From Nostoc sp. NMS4 (lineage in GTDB: Bacteria; Cyanobacteriota; Cyanobacteriia; Cyanobacteriales; Nostocaceae), in the NCBI RefSeq assembly GCF_017115095.1, contig NZ_JABXKI010000226.1, positions 7,148-39,147 of the forward strand: DNA of 32,000 bases, read 5' to 3'. Under the pieces are notes generated by a model. The model saw only the letters and a program-made list of their open reading frames with translations. It was not told the DNA's origin and made no database searches. Position numbers and translations under genes: made by a program. Shown here one piece after another: positions 24,907 through 32,000 of this stretch (positions are counted from its first letter, which is position 1; each line of letters begins with the position of its first letter).

Positions 24907-25089
24907 CTGCCACTTAGAACCGTCGAAGGTAATGAAGTTTTGGGCAGCTTGTAAACTAAGTAAAGGCGACTATTTGCAAATTAAAGAAAAACTATTTGCT
25001 AAAGAAACGGTTGCCAGTTTATATGCCAAAATCAAAGAATATCAAGATGATGAGGCTATACTTTAAAGTGTAAATCTACAAGCGATCGC

Positions 25090-25449
25090 TTAAAAAGGAA
25101 TCCATTCAAACTGATCTATCCATTCTTGTGCCTCAGTAGTCTCCCAAACCAGCAATAGTTCTTGTGCTAATTGCCCTATTGGTATTCTCGGACGCAACCA
25201 GAATAAGCCCCAAATATTTCCACCTTCTGCCCAATGTGCTTCTAAATGAGCCGGCATACTAGCGCGGTTATCTGTCACTAACAGTCGTTGAGATAATTGC
25301 AGATAAACCAACACATCAGGGTCTAAAGTTCCTAATGTTGGTGCATTACTTTCACCCACACGCAAAATATCTATCGCCGGGTTAAGACGAAGAACAGCTA
25401 CTTTCAGGCGCAGTGACAAATTTTCATCGAGCAAAAAAAGAACTTTCAC
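25090..25449 (-). CDS. DUF5615-family PIN-like protein (putative toxin)
   Basis: (M)KVLFLLDENLSLRL...LLVTDNRASM is typical of DUF5615/Mut7-C-like PIN proteins. The GTG start overlaps the upstream DUF433 stop by 1 nt. Confidence 0.7.
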   Translation of the reverse strand: MKVLFLLDENLSLRLKVAVLRLNPAIDILRVGESNAPTLGTLDPDVLVYLQLSQRLLVTDNRASMPAHLEAHWAEGGNIWGLFWLRPRIPIGQLAQELLLVWETTEAQEWIDQFEWIPF

Positions 25450-25841
25450 TAAGCACTTACCTGACGTTCATTTCTTTGATTTTTTAACATTCTGAGGCGC
25501 TGTACCAAAGGTGAAGGATTTGTAAGCGATTCTTGGTAACGCTGTTCACGCCATATTACTAGACGTGACAAATAAGCTTCGATATCGGCGCGATTATGGA
25601 GATAGTAAGTAATAGTAGCGTGAATTTGTTCCAAACTCAAACTAGGTAGATTAGCAGCAATTTCTTCCGGCGTATATCCTTCCAAGTAATAATCAAGTAC
25701 ATTGTCGATGCCAATGCGGTGTCCTTTTAGGCGAATATCATCGGCTGATAAAAAGTCAAAATAATCTTCTAGTTGCATTGGTCTACCCAAATGGAGTTCA
25801 TAATTATCTAGTCTTAAAGCCTTGAATGATGATGTTGTCAA
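25449..25841 (-). CDS. DUF433 domain protein (putative antitoxin partner of DUF5615)
   Basis: IRLKGHRIGIDNVLDYYLEGYTPEEIAANLPSLSLEQIHATITYY is the DUF433 pattern. The start is uncertain (TTG at 25841 or ATG at 25778). Confidence 0.7.
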   Translation of the reverse strand: MTTSSFKALRLDNYELHLGRPMQLEDYFDFLSADDIRLKGHRIGIDNVLDYYLEGYTPEEIAANLPSLSLEQIHATITYYLHNRADIEAYLSRLVIWREQRYQESLTNPSPLVQRLRMLKNQRNERQVSA

Positions 25842-25925
25842 GGCGTAGGCGTAGCCCGCACTTCTCTACGAGAGGCTGCGCCAACGACAAGCTCAGTGAC
25901 CATCGGAGACATCGCTATATAACCA

Positions 25926-26315
25926 TTACTCAAATAAATCAAATCCCTTTTCGCTTCTCAACTTTCTGTCAAAAGTCACTGTTGAACTACAACCAGAATG
26001 TTGAGCAATTACCCCAATTAAATAATCAGAAAAATCTGCACTTCCCTGCTTAAATCTTTGTAATGCTTGATAAACTAAAGAGCGATTTTCTAGCTCAAAT
26101 ACCGAACATTGGAGCATTAATTCGATAGTGTTACTAATTTCTTCTCTACTAAATTGATAAGGATTACTCCGTAAAACCCAAACCAATTCACAAATAACTA
26201 TATTAGCAACAAAACATTGCTCTCCCCCTTCGATAATTTCAGCAGCTTGCTCCCACTGCTTTTCATCATCTTTTGTCAAGTAGCGCACTAAAATATTTGT
26301 ATCAAGTCCAATCAC
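25926..26315 (-). CDS. vapC: PIN-domain toxin VapC
   Basis: (M)IGLDTNILVRYL... has the first PIN acidic residue, followed by ...ICELVWVL...DYLIG...TFD. The GTG start overlaps the vapB stop by 14 nt. Confidence 0.8.
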   Translation of the reverse strand: MIGLDTNILVRYLTKDDEKQWEQAAEIIEGGEQCFVANIVICELVWVLRSNPYQFSREEISNTIELMLQCSVFELENRSLVYQALQRFKQGSADFSDYLIGVIAQHSGCSSTVTFDRKLRSEKGFDLFE

Positions 26316-26547
26316 TTGAGCCTTCTTTAATTGCAGCTTCCATTTCTTCTAAAGTTGCGCTTTTCATTCCCGGACGGTGTAAAATCCCTGATAAACTTTG
26401 GATAGAGATATTCAAGGGAATTAATTTGACTATTCCATTTTCATCAATAACAAAATCAACTTTACTACCTGTATCAAGGTTAAGATAATCTCTAATTTCT
26501 TTAGGAATAGTTACTTGCCCTTTAGTAGTGATAGTCGCACTAGCCAT
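26302..26547 (-). CDS. vapB: AbrB/MazE/SpoVT-type antitoxin VapB
   Basis: TKGQVTIPKEIRDYLNLDTGSKVDF is the swapped-hairpin SpoVT/AbrB motif. The product is 81 aa with an ATG start. Confidence 0.8.
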   Translation of the reverse strand: MASATITTKGQVTIPKEIRDYLNLDTGSKVDFVIDENGIVKLIPLNISIQSLSGILHRPGMKSATLEEMEAAIKEGSSDWT

Positions 26548-26644
26548 TATCCAGGTTCCTTACATAAGTTCCTTACCTGATTATAAAGTCTACTGCGCCT
26601 AACGCACCGCCATAGGTAAATCGGCACAATAAAACCTTTAAAAT

Positions 26645-27214
26645 ATGATAGCTTCGCCCCAACAAAACTACGTCACTGCTGAAGAATACCTCCAAATGGA
26701 GGAACAGAGCGATATCAAGCATGAATATATCGACGGCTACATCTACGCAATGGCTGGAGCGCTAGATCCACATGTTACTATTGCGGGAAACCTGTTCGCT
26801 CTCCTCCGTAATCATGTGCGCGGCTCTGGTTGTCGTGTTTACATCGCTGATATGAAAGCCAGAATTGAATCTCTGAATCGCTTTTATTATCCCGATGTGA
26901 TGGTTACTTGCGATCGCCAAAATCGAGAAACGCCAGGTTATAAAAGATTTCCCTGTTTAATTGTCGAAGTTTTATCTAATTCTACCGAAGCCTTTGACCG
27001 GGGCGACAAATTCGCCGATTATCAAACACTGGAAAGTCTGCAATAGTATGTTTTAATTAATACAAAACGCCAGCGAGTTGAGTGTTTTCGACGCAATGAG
27101 CAGGGGTTGTGGGTTTTACAATCCTACACAGCAGAGCATCAATCATTTCGACTTAACAGCGTGGATTTTGACGAAACAATGGCAGCACTCTACGAAGATG
27201 TAGTTTTTGAATAA
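26645..27214 (+). pseudogene. Uma2 (DUF820) family endonuclease interrupted by an in-frame TAG at 27044-27046
   Basis: The N-terminal part is ...TAEEYLQMEEQSDIKHEYIDGYIYAMAG...YYPDVMVTC...PCLIVEVLSNST...DRGDKFADYQTLESLQ*. The same frame continues YVLINTKRQRVECFRRNEQGLWVLQSY...LYEDVVFE*. That is the expected Uma2 C-terminus (family pattern LQEYVLI...), and the stop replaces the expected Glu codon. Confidence 0.75.
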
Positions 27215-27335
27215 TCAATTATGATAGGGTATTCAATGCGATATTTAGTACACTATATAACTGATAAGCCTTGAATGCTTCCTAACCAGGTGGAAGCGTT
27301 GATGAAAACAGGCACAATTGATTAAATAAAAAGTT

Positions 27336-29216
27336 ATGGCGCTCATAGTTCAGAAATTCGGTGGTACATCTGTCGGTTCAGTGGAACGTATTCAAGCTGT
27401 TGCAGAGCGTGTTTATAAAACTGTTAAAGCTGGAAACTCTATTGTCGTAGTGGTTTCGGCAATGGGCAAAACCACCGATGGACTCGTCAAACTAGCTACC
27501 GAAATTTCTCCAAATCCTAATCGCCGAGAAATGGATATGCTGCTTTCCACTGGCGAACAAGTAACTATTGCCTTACTCAGTATGGCTTTGCAGGAACTCG
27601 GACAACCCGCAATCTCCATGACCGGCGCTCAAGTCGGAATTGTTACTGAAGCCGAACACAGCCGCGCTCGGATTTTACATATTGAAACTACTCGCCTCAA
27701 TCGCCACATAAATGAAGGTAAAGTAGTTGTAGTAGCGGGCTTCCAAGGTATCTCCAGCGCCGGAGAGATGGAAATTACCACTTTGGGGCGTGGTGGTTCT
27801 GACACATCAGCAGTGGCGATCGCAGCTGCATTAAAAGCGAATTTTTGCGAAATTTATACAGACGTTCCAGGGATTCTCACTACAGATCCCCGCTTAGTTG
27901 CCGAAGCTCAGTTGATGGATGCCATCACCTGCGATGAAATGTTGGAATTAGCTAGCTTGGGCGCAAAAGTGCTGCATCCCCGTGCTGTGGAAATTGCCCG
28001 TAACTATGGTGTTCCTCTGGTAGTTAGGTCTAGTTGGACGGATCAACCAGGTACTTGGGTGACATCAGCCAAACCCCAAGGGCGATCGCTAATTAATCTA
28101 GAAATTGCCCGTCCAGTGGATGCTGTAGAATTTGACACCAACCAAGCAAAGGTCGCTTTGTTGCGCGTACCCGACAAACCGGGGGTTGCAGCGAGATTAT
28201 TTGGCGAAATTTCTCGGCAAAAAGTAGACGTAGATTTAATTATTCAATCAGTTCACGAAGGTAACAGTAATGACATTGCCTTTACAGTTACAACGCCAAT
28301 ACTAAAACGTGCAGAAGCAGTAGCAACAGCGATCGCCCCAGCACTGAGGAGTCAATCTCACCCCAAATCTGACGAAGCCGAGGTAATGATCGAAAATAAC
28401 ATTGCCAAAGTCAGCATCGCAGGTGCAGGAATGATTGGCCGTCCTGGTGTCGCTGCAAAGATGTTCGCCACTTTAGCCGAAGCTGGCGTGAATATTCAAA
28501 TGATTTCCACCAGCGAAGTAAAAGTAAGTTGCGTAGTCGATGCCAGCGAATGCGATCGCGCCGTCTTAGCACTCCGCAGCGCCTTTGAAATTGAAGCAGG
28601 GGAAGAGGGGACAAGGGGACAAGGGGGACAAGGAAGACAAGGAAGAATCATTGAACAAACCTCTCCCTTGTCTTCCCCCTCTCCCTTGTCTCCCTTGTCT
28701 TCTTCATCTCCTCCCGTTCGCGGTGTTGCTCTCGATTTGAATCAAGCGCGTCTTGCGATTCGCCAATTACCAGATCGTCCGGGGATGGCGGCGAAATTAT
28801 TTGGATTGTTAGCGCAGCATAATATTAGTGTTGATATGATTATTCAATCTCAGCGTTGCCGAGTAATTAATGGTGTTCCCAGACGAGATATTGCCTTTAC
28901 AGTCTCGCGGATTGATGGGGAAAATGCCAGAGAAATGCTTACCCAAGTAGCAGCAGAGTTAGGATGGGGTGAAGTTGTTTTAGATAGTGCGATCGCTAAG
29001 GTGAGTATTGTCGGTGCAGGTATGGTAGGACAACCTGGTATTGCTGCTAAAATGTTTGAAGCTTTAGCCCAACAGCAAATCAATATTCAAATGATCGCTA
29101 CTTCAGAAATCAAAATTAGTTGTGTTGTGGCGCAAGAGCAAGGTGTTAAAGCTTTGCAAGCTATTCATGCAGCCTTTGAACTGGCTGGTAGTGAGAAATT
29201 TGTCGTACCAGCGTAA
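27336..29216 (+). CDS. lysC: aspartate kinase, cyanobacterial type with duplicated ACT-domain regulatory region
   Basis: MALIVQKFGGTSVGS, VVVVSAMGKTTD and TLGRGGSDTSAVA are present. Two ACT pairs are recognisable (KVSIAGAGMIGRPGVAAKMF... and KVSIVGAGMVGQPGIAAKMF...). Confidence 0.92.
   Translation: MALIVQKFGGTSVGSVERIQAVAERVYKTVKAGNSIVVVVSAMGKTTDGLVKLATEISPNPNRREMDMLLSTGEQVTIALLSMALQELGQPAISMTGAQVGIVTEAEHSRARILHIETTRLNRHINEGKVVVVAGFQGISSAGEMEITTLGRGGSDTSAVAIAAALKANFCEIYTDVPGILTTDPRLVAEAQLMDAITCDEMLELASLGAKVLHPRAVEIARNYGVPLVVRSSWTDQPGTWVTSAKPQGRSLINLEIARPVDAVEFDTNQAKVALLRVPDKPGVAARLFGEISRQKVDVDLIIQSVHEGNSNDIAFTVTTPILKRAEAVATAIAPALRSQSHPKSDEAEVMIENNIAKVSIAGAGMIGRPGVAAKMFATLAEAGVNIQMISTSEVKVSCVVDASECDRAVLALRSAFEIEAGEEGTRGQGGQGRQGRIIEQTSPLSSPSPLSPLSSSSPPVRGVALDLNQARLAIRQLPDRPGMAAKLFGLLAQHNISVDMIIQSQRCRVINGVPRRDIAFTVSRIDGENAREMLTQVAAELGWGEVVLDSAIAKVSIVGAGMVGQPGIAAKMFEALAQQQINIQMIATSEIKISCVVAQEQGVKALQAIHAAFELAGSEKFVVPA
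28599..28713. repeat. imperfect inverted repeat of GGGAGACAA-type units embedded in-frame in the ask inter-ACT linker
   Basis: The purine arm is 28599-28647 (GGGGACAAGG..., GGAAGACAAGG). The pyrimidine arm is 28661-28713 (CCTTGTCTTCC, CCCTTGTCTCCC). It is translated as GEEGTRGQGGQGRQGRIIEQTSPLSSPSPLSPLSSSSPP. Confidence 0.8.
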
Positions 29217-29249
29217 AATCTGAATCAATGAGCTTTCAACCCTAAATCC

Positions 29250-29460
29250 CTCTCCCAAGCTTGGGCTACGGTGTACACCCAACTCAAATTACCCCCCTTA
29301 ATCCCCTCTTATAAAGGGGGGAAACAGAAAATCTAGTTCCCTCCCCTTTATAAGGGGAGGGTTAGGGTGGGGTAAAACCTTGGTTAATCAGCTATTTCAG
29401 ACTTGTGTATACACCGTAGCAAGCTTGGTAGAGGGACTTTGCAATATACACGCCGTAGCA
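29250..29460. repeat. mosaic G/C-tract hairpin repeat cluster, related to 24177-24350
   Basis: The reverse complement of 29288-29373 aligns with 24177-24262 (CCCCACCCTAACCCTCCCCTT..AAGGGGAGGGAACTAGA...GATTAAGGGGGGTAA). Segment 29370-29425 aligns in direct orientation with 24258-24310 (GGGGTAAAACC...TTGTGT.TACACCGTAGCAA). Confidence 0.75.
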
Positions 29461-29572
29461 ACCCGCGCATTGATCTTATTTGAAGTTGCTTAATAAATAA
29501 ATATTTATATTTTAAAATGAGTAGTAATAACACGTAAGCTATAATCGAACAATTTATCAGACTATATTTTTG

Positions 29573-31633
29573 ATGAATAGTCATTTATTAGATGAACACT
29601 ATCGAATAGTAAAAGTTATCAATGGTGGGGAAAAAGGAAAAACCTATCTAGTTGAAGATGTTAATCTTTCTGGCAGTCAATTTATAGTAAAGCAGTTATC
29701 TCCTCCTAATAGCAATCCTCAAGCTTTAACAATCCTACGCCGCTTGTTTACGAGTAAGGCAGCAACTTTAGAAAAACTCGGACAGGAACACAATCAAATT
29801 CAAAAGCTCATTGCTTCTTTTGAAGAAAATGAAGAATTCTATATAGTCCAAGAGTTCATACCTGGTAATCCTTTAACTGACGAAATTATTCAGGGAGAAC
29901 CTCTAACAGAAGACCAAGTAATTACTCTGTTATCAGAGATATTAGAAATTTTGGTTGTTGTACACAGCTATGGCGTAATTCATCGGGATATTAAACCAGC
30001 AAATATTATTCGCCGGGAATCTGATAATAAGTTAGTTTTGGTTAATTTTGGTACTTTTAATGAAGCCATGACTAATACTGTTGATCATCTCGAATATATG
30101 CCGATAGAACAAGTTAACGGCAACCTGAAATATAACAGCGATATATATGCTTTGGGGATTGTTGCGATCGCAGCACTTAAAGGTTTACCGACAAACGAAA
30201 TATCTAATTTGCGAAGTCAGAAAAATAAGCTGACAGGTGAAATACTTTGGCGCGACAAAAATCTCAAAGTTAACGGAAAGTTAGCAAAAATTATTAATCG
30301 AATGGTGCGTTTTAACTATCGTCGGCGCTACCAGTATGCAACCGAAGTTTTAGACGACTTAAAAAATTTAATAAATGTTGATGACAATCAGCAAAAACGG
30401 CATCAGAAAAAATTATTACTAGTTTTGATGGGAATAGCTGGATGTATTACCCTTGGTATTGGAGCGTGGCAATTGAGATTGCCAAAACCTGTAAGTGATG
30501 CTCAAAAACAATTATATCAAGATGGAGTCAATAAATATGAGGCAGGAAACTATGAAGGAGCAGTTGAAGATTTTAATCAGGCAATTAAATTAAATCCGCG
30601 AAATGCTTTAGCTTATAATCGGCGAGGTGATGCTTATTATCGATTAGGAGACTACGAGCAAGCACAAGCAGATTCTAGCCAAGCTATTTTACTCAATCCT
30701 CAAGATGCTAATGCTTATTTTGACCGAGGATTTGCTTTTTCGGAATTAAGCAAATACAAAGAAGCGATCGCAGATTATACTCAAGCAATTAAGCTAAATT
30801 CTAAAGATGCTTATGTTTACTATGGAAGAGGGTTAGCTCGTGTTCAATTGAAGGATAATAAAGGTGCAATTGAAGATTTTAACAAAGCGATCGCTCTCAA
30901 ACCCCAGTATACTGAAGCCTACTTACAGCGAGGAATTCTCCACCGTCGCCTCAAACAAAGACTTGAAGCAATCCAAGATTTTGATAAAGTAATTAAAATT
31001 AATCCTAGTGATGCTAAAGCTTATTATCAAAGGGGTTTAACTCAATCTATTAATAAACAAAAATATGAAGCAATTAAAGATTATACAGATGCAATTAACA
31101 TTAATCCCAAATACATCGAAGCTTATCTTAATCGTGGTGATACTTACAGCGATTTGGGAAATAAAGTAGAAGCTACTGAAGATTACAACACTATTTTACA
31201 GATCGATCCTAAATTTATTGCAGCTTATATTCATAGAGGTATTCACCGCTTTTCTTTTGGAGATTATAAAGGCGCTATTGAAGATTACAGCGCAGCCCTA
31301 AAACTAGATACTAATAATATTGTAGCTTACAACAACCGTGGTAACGCTTATCTCGAACTGGGAAATAAAAAAGCTGCAAATCAGGATTATTCACGAGCGA
31401 TCGCAATTAATGCTAACAACGCCTTAGCCTATTATAACCGGGGTGTGATTCGCACTAAGCAGAAAAATAAATCGGGTGCGATCGCAGATTTCAAAAAAGC
31501 TGCAAAACTATTCCGACAGCAAGGGGAACAAGATAGTTATCAAGATGCACAGCGAGAAATTGCAATTCTGCAAAATCAATCAGCACCAGTGCTAACTACT
31601 CGCCCTAAATCTGGGAAAATAGAAAAAAATTGA
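29573..31633 (+). CDS. membrane-anchored Ser/Thr protein kinase-like domain + about 10 TPR repeats (probable pseudokinase)
   Basis: Kinase fold motifs are present: FIVKQL (beta3 Lys), HRDIKPAN, YMPIEQ. However NFG replaces DFG, Lys replaces the alphaC Glu (FTSKAATLEKLG), and the Gly-loop is degenerate (INGGEKG). One TM helix follows (LLLVLMGIAGCITLGIGAW), then 34-aa TPRs (A.AYYNRG...G....A..D...AI.L.P). Confidence 0.85.
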   Translation: MNSHLLDEHYRIVKVINGGEKGKTYLVEDVNLSGSQFIVKQLSPPNSNPQALTILRRLFTSKAATLEKLGQEHNQIQKLIASFEENEEFYIVQEFIPGNPLTDEIIQGEPLTEDQVITLLSEILEILVVVHSYGVIHRDIKPANIIRRESDNKLVLVNFGTFNEAMTNTVDHLEYMPIEQVNGNLKYNSDIYALGIVAIAALKGLPTNEISNLRSQKNKLTGEILWRDKNLKVNGKLAKIINRMVRFNYRRRYQYATEVLDDLKNLINVDDNQQKRHQKKLLLVLMGIAGCITLGIGAWQLRLPKPVSDAQKQLYQDGVNKYEAGNYEGAVEDFNQAIKLNPRNALAYNRRGDAYYRLGDYEQAQADSSQAILLNPQDANAYFDRGFAFSELSKYKEAIADYTQAIKLNSKDAYVYYGRGLARVQLKDNKGAIEDFNKAIALKPQYTEAYLQRGILHRRLKQRLEAIQDFDKVIKINPSDAKAYYQRGLTQSINKQKYEAIKDYTDAININPKYIEAYLNRGDTYSDLGNKVEATEDYNTILQIDPKFIAAYIHRGIHRFSFGDYKGAIEDYSAALKLDTNNIVAYNNRGNAYLELGNKKAANQDYSRAIAINANNALAYYNRGVIRTKQKNKSGAIADFKKAAKLFRQQGEQDSYQDAQREIAILQNQSAPVLTTRPKSGKIEKN

Positions 31634-31752
31634 GTTACCACTCAATATAGTGTTGACTATCAACCGTCAAAACTCTTAGAGAGTGATTGTGCTATTTAAA
31701 TGTGTTTTATTTTACAAATTTACGACTGGTAATTTATCAAGCTATTTTTAAT

Positions 31753-31788
31753 GGTTTGTAGTAAGCACTTTAGTGCTTATTACAAACC
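31753..31788. repeat. 16-bp stem hairpin repeat (GGTTTGTAGTAAGCAC-TTTA-GTGCTTATTACAAACC)
   Basis: Read directly, with one G-T (G-U wobble) position. It lies 120 nt after the kinase stop. It resembles a dispersed hairpin family, and terminator function is unproven. Confidence 0.5.
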
Positions 31789-31830
31789 ATGAGTCACAGT
31801 ATTTTCTCACGACTCAATTAGGATTGCTAT

Positions 31831-32000
31831 ATGCTAATTCTCCTCACTTTTTATCCAGATAAGCTGGAAATATTCACCCATCGGGATGTCGATACGGTAC
31901 TAGAAAGAATTGATGGTTCTCACAATATTTGGTTGCGTTGTGTTCACTTCCGCGATCGCACCGGAACAGCCAGGATTATCAAGCACTTTGGACTCAATGC
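31831..32000 (+). CDS. 5' end of an ORF running out of the window (possibly a CorA-like transporter N-terminus)
   Basis: From the ATG at 31831: MLILLTFYPDKLEIFTHRDVDTVLERIDGSHNIWLRCVHFRDRTGTARIIKHFGLN.... It is open to the window end. The resemblance to CorA N-domains (..W.......e....l...fgl) is weak. Confidence 0.3.
   Translation, partial: MLILLTFYPDKLEIFTHRDVDTVLERIDGSHNIWLRCVHFRDRTGTARIIKHFGLN

Noticed and set aside
24848-25066. 72-aa ORF (or a 44-aa version from the ATG at 24932) between hicA and the DUF5615 gene
   Set aside because: The long version overlaps the hicA 3' end out of frame. The short version has no recognisable family or ribosome-binding context. A real small gene cannot be excluded, but it is unsupported.
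25826-26053. 75-aa + strand ORF, plus 26273-26488 (+), 13375-13602 (-), 14386-14601 (+), 16536-16730 (+), 19817-20029 (+), 20728-20922 (+), the 27413-29083 (-) set and 29384-29584 (-)
   Set aside because: All overlap stronger CDSs on the opposite strand or in another frame, or lie in repeat or AT-rich spacers. None has recognisable motifs.
24177-29460. Composite transposon or excisable element bounded by the two repeat clusters
   Set aside because: There is no transposase or integrase between them. The segment includes the housekeeping aspartokinase gene. The repeat relationship is mosaic (partly direct, partly inverted) rather than clean terminal inverted repeats.

Overview
The window looks like chromosomal DNA from a filamentous, probably heterocyst-forming (Nostocales-type) cyanobacterium. 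The basis is frequent HIP1 palindromes (GCGATCGC), STRR-like 7-nt and 9-nt tandem repeats at gene ends, an xisH/xisI pair and the gene content. Housekeeping genes are lipB, a long-form hpf/lrtA, prxQ/bcp, an amino-acid ABC transporter (fused binding-protein/permease plus ATPase) and a cyanobacterial-type aspartokinase. They are interleaved with accessory loci. (1) An xisH-xisI-PD-(D/E)XK nuclease-fold operon. (2) A 1798-aa surface or secreted protein with a DUF4347-like N-terminus, a beta-helix and 9 Calx-beta modules, 7 of which are near-identical 342-bp tandem DNA repeats. (3) A split MprF-like aminoacyl-phosphatidylglycerol locus whose synthase and flippase-like halves bracket two exported esterase paralogs. 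(4) A secreted tandem Tudor/SH3-like protein. (5) An NLR-like STAND ATPase (helical N-domain, NB-ARC, 7 TPR units) interrupted by one in-frame TGA. (6) A phased array of eleven 21-nt units. (7) Four toxin-antitoxin-type pairs or singletons (hicBA, DUF433/DUF5615, vapBC, and a Uma2 gene with an in-frame TAG), lying between mosaic G/C-tract hairpin repeats. (8) A membrane Ser/Thr kinase-TPR protein with substitutions typical of pseudokinases. I found no rRNA, tRNA, CRISPR array or transposase. All family assignments come from reading motifs by eye, not from database searches.
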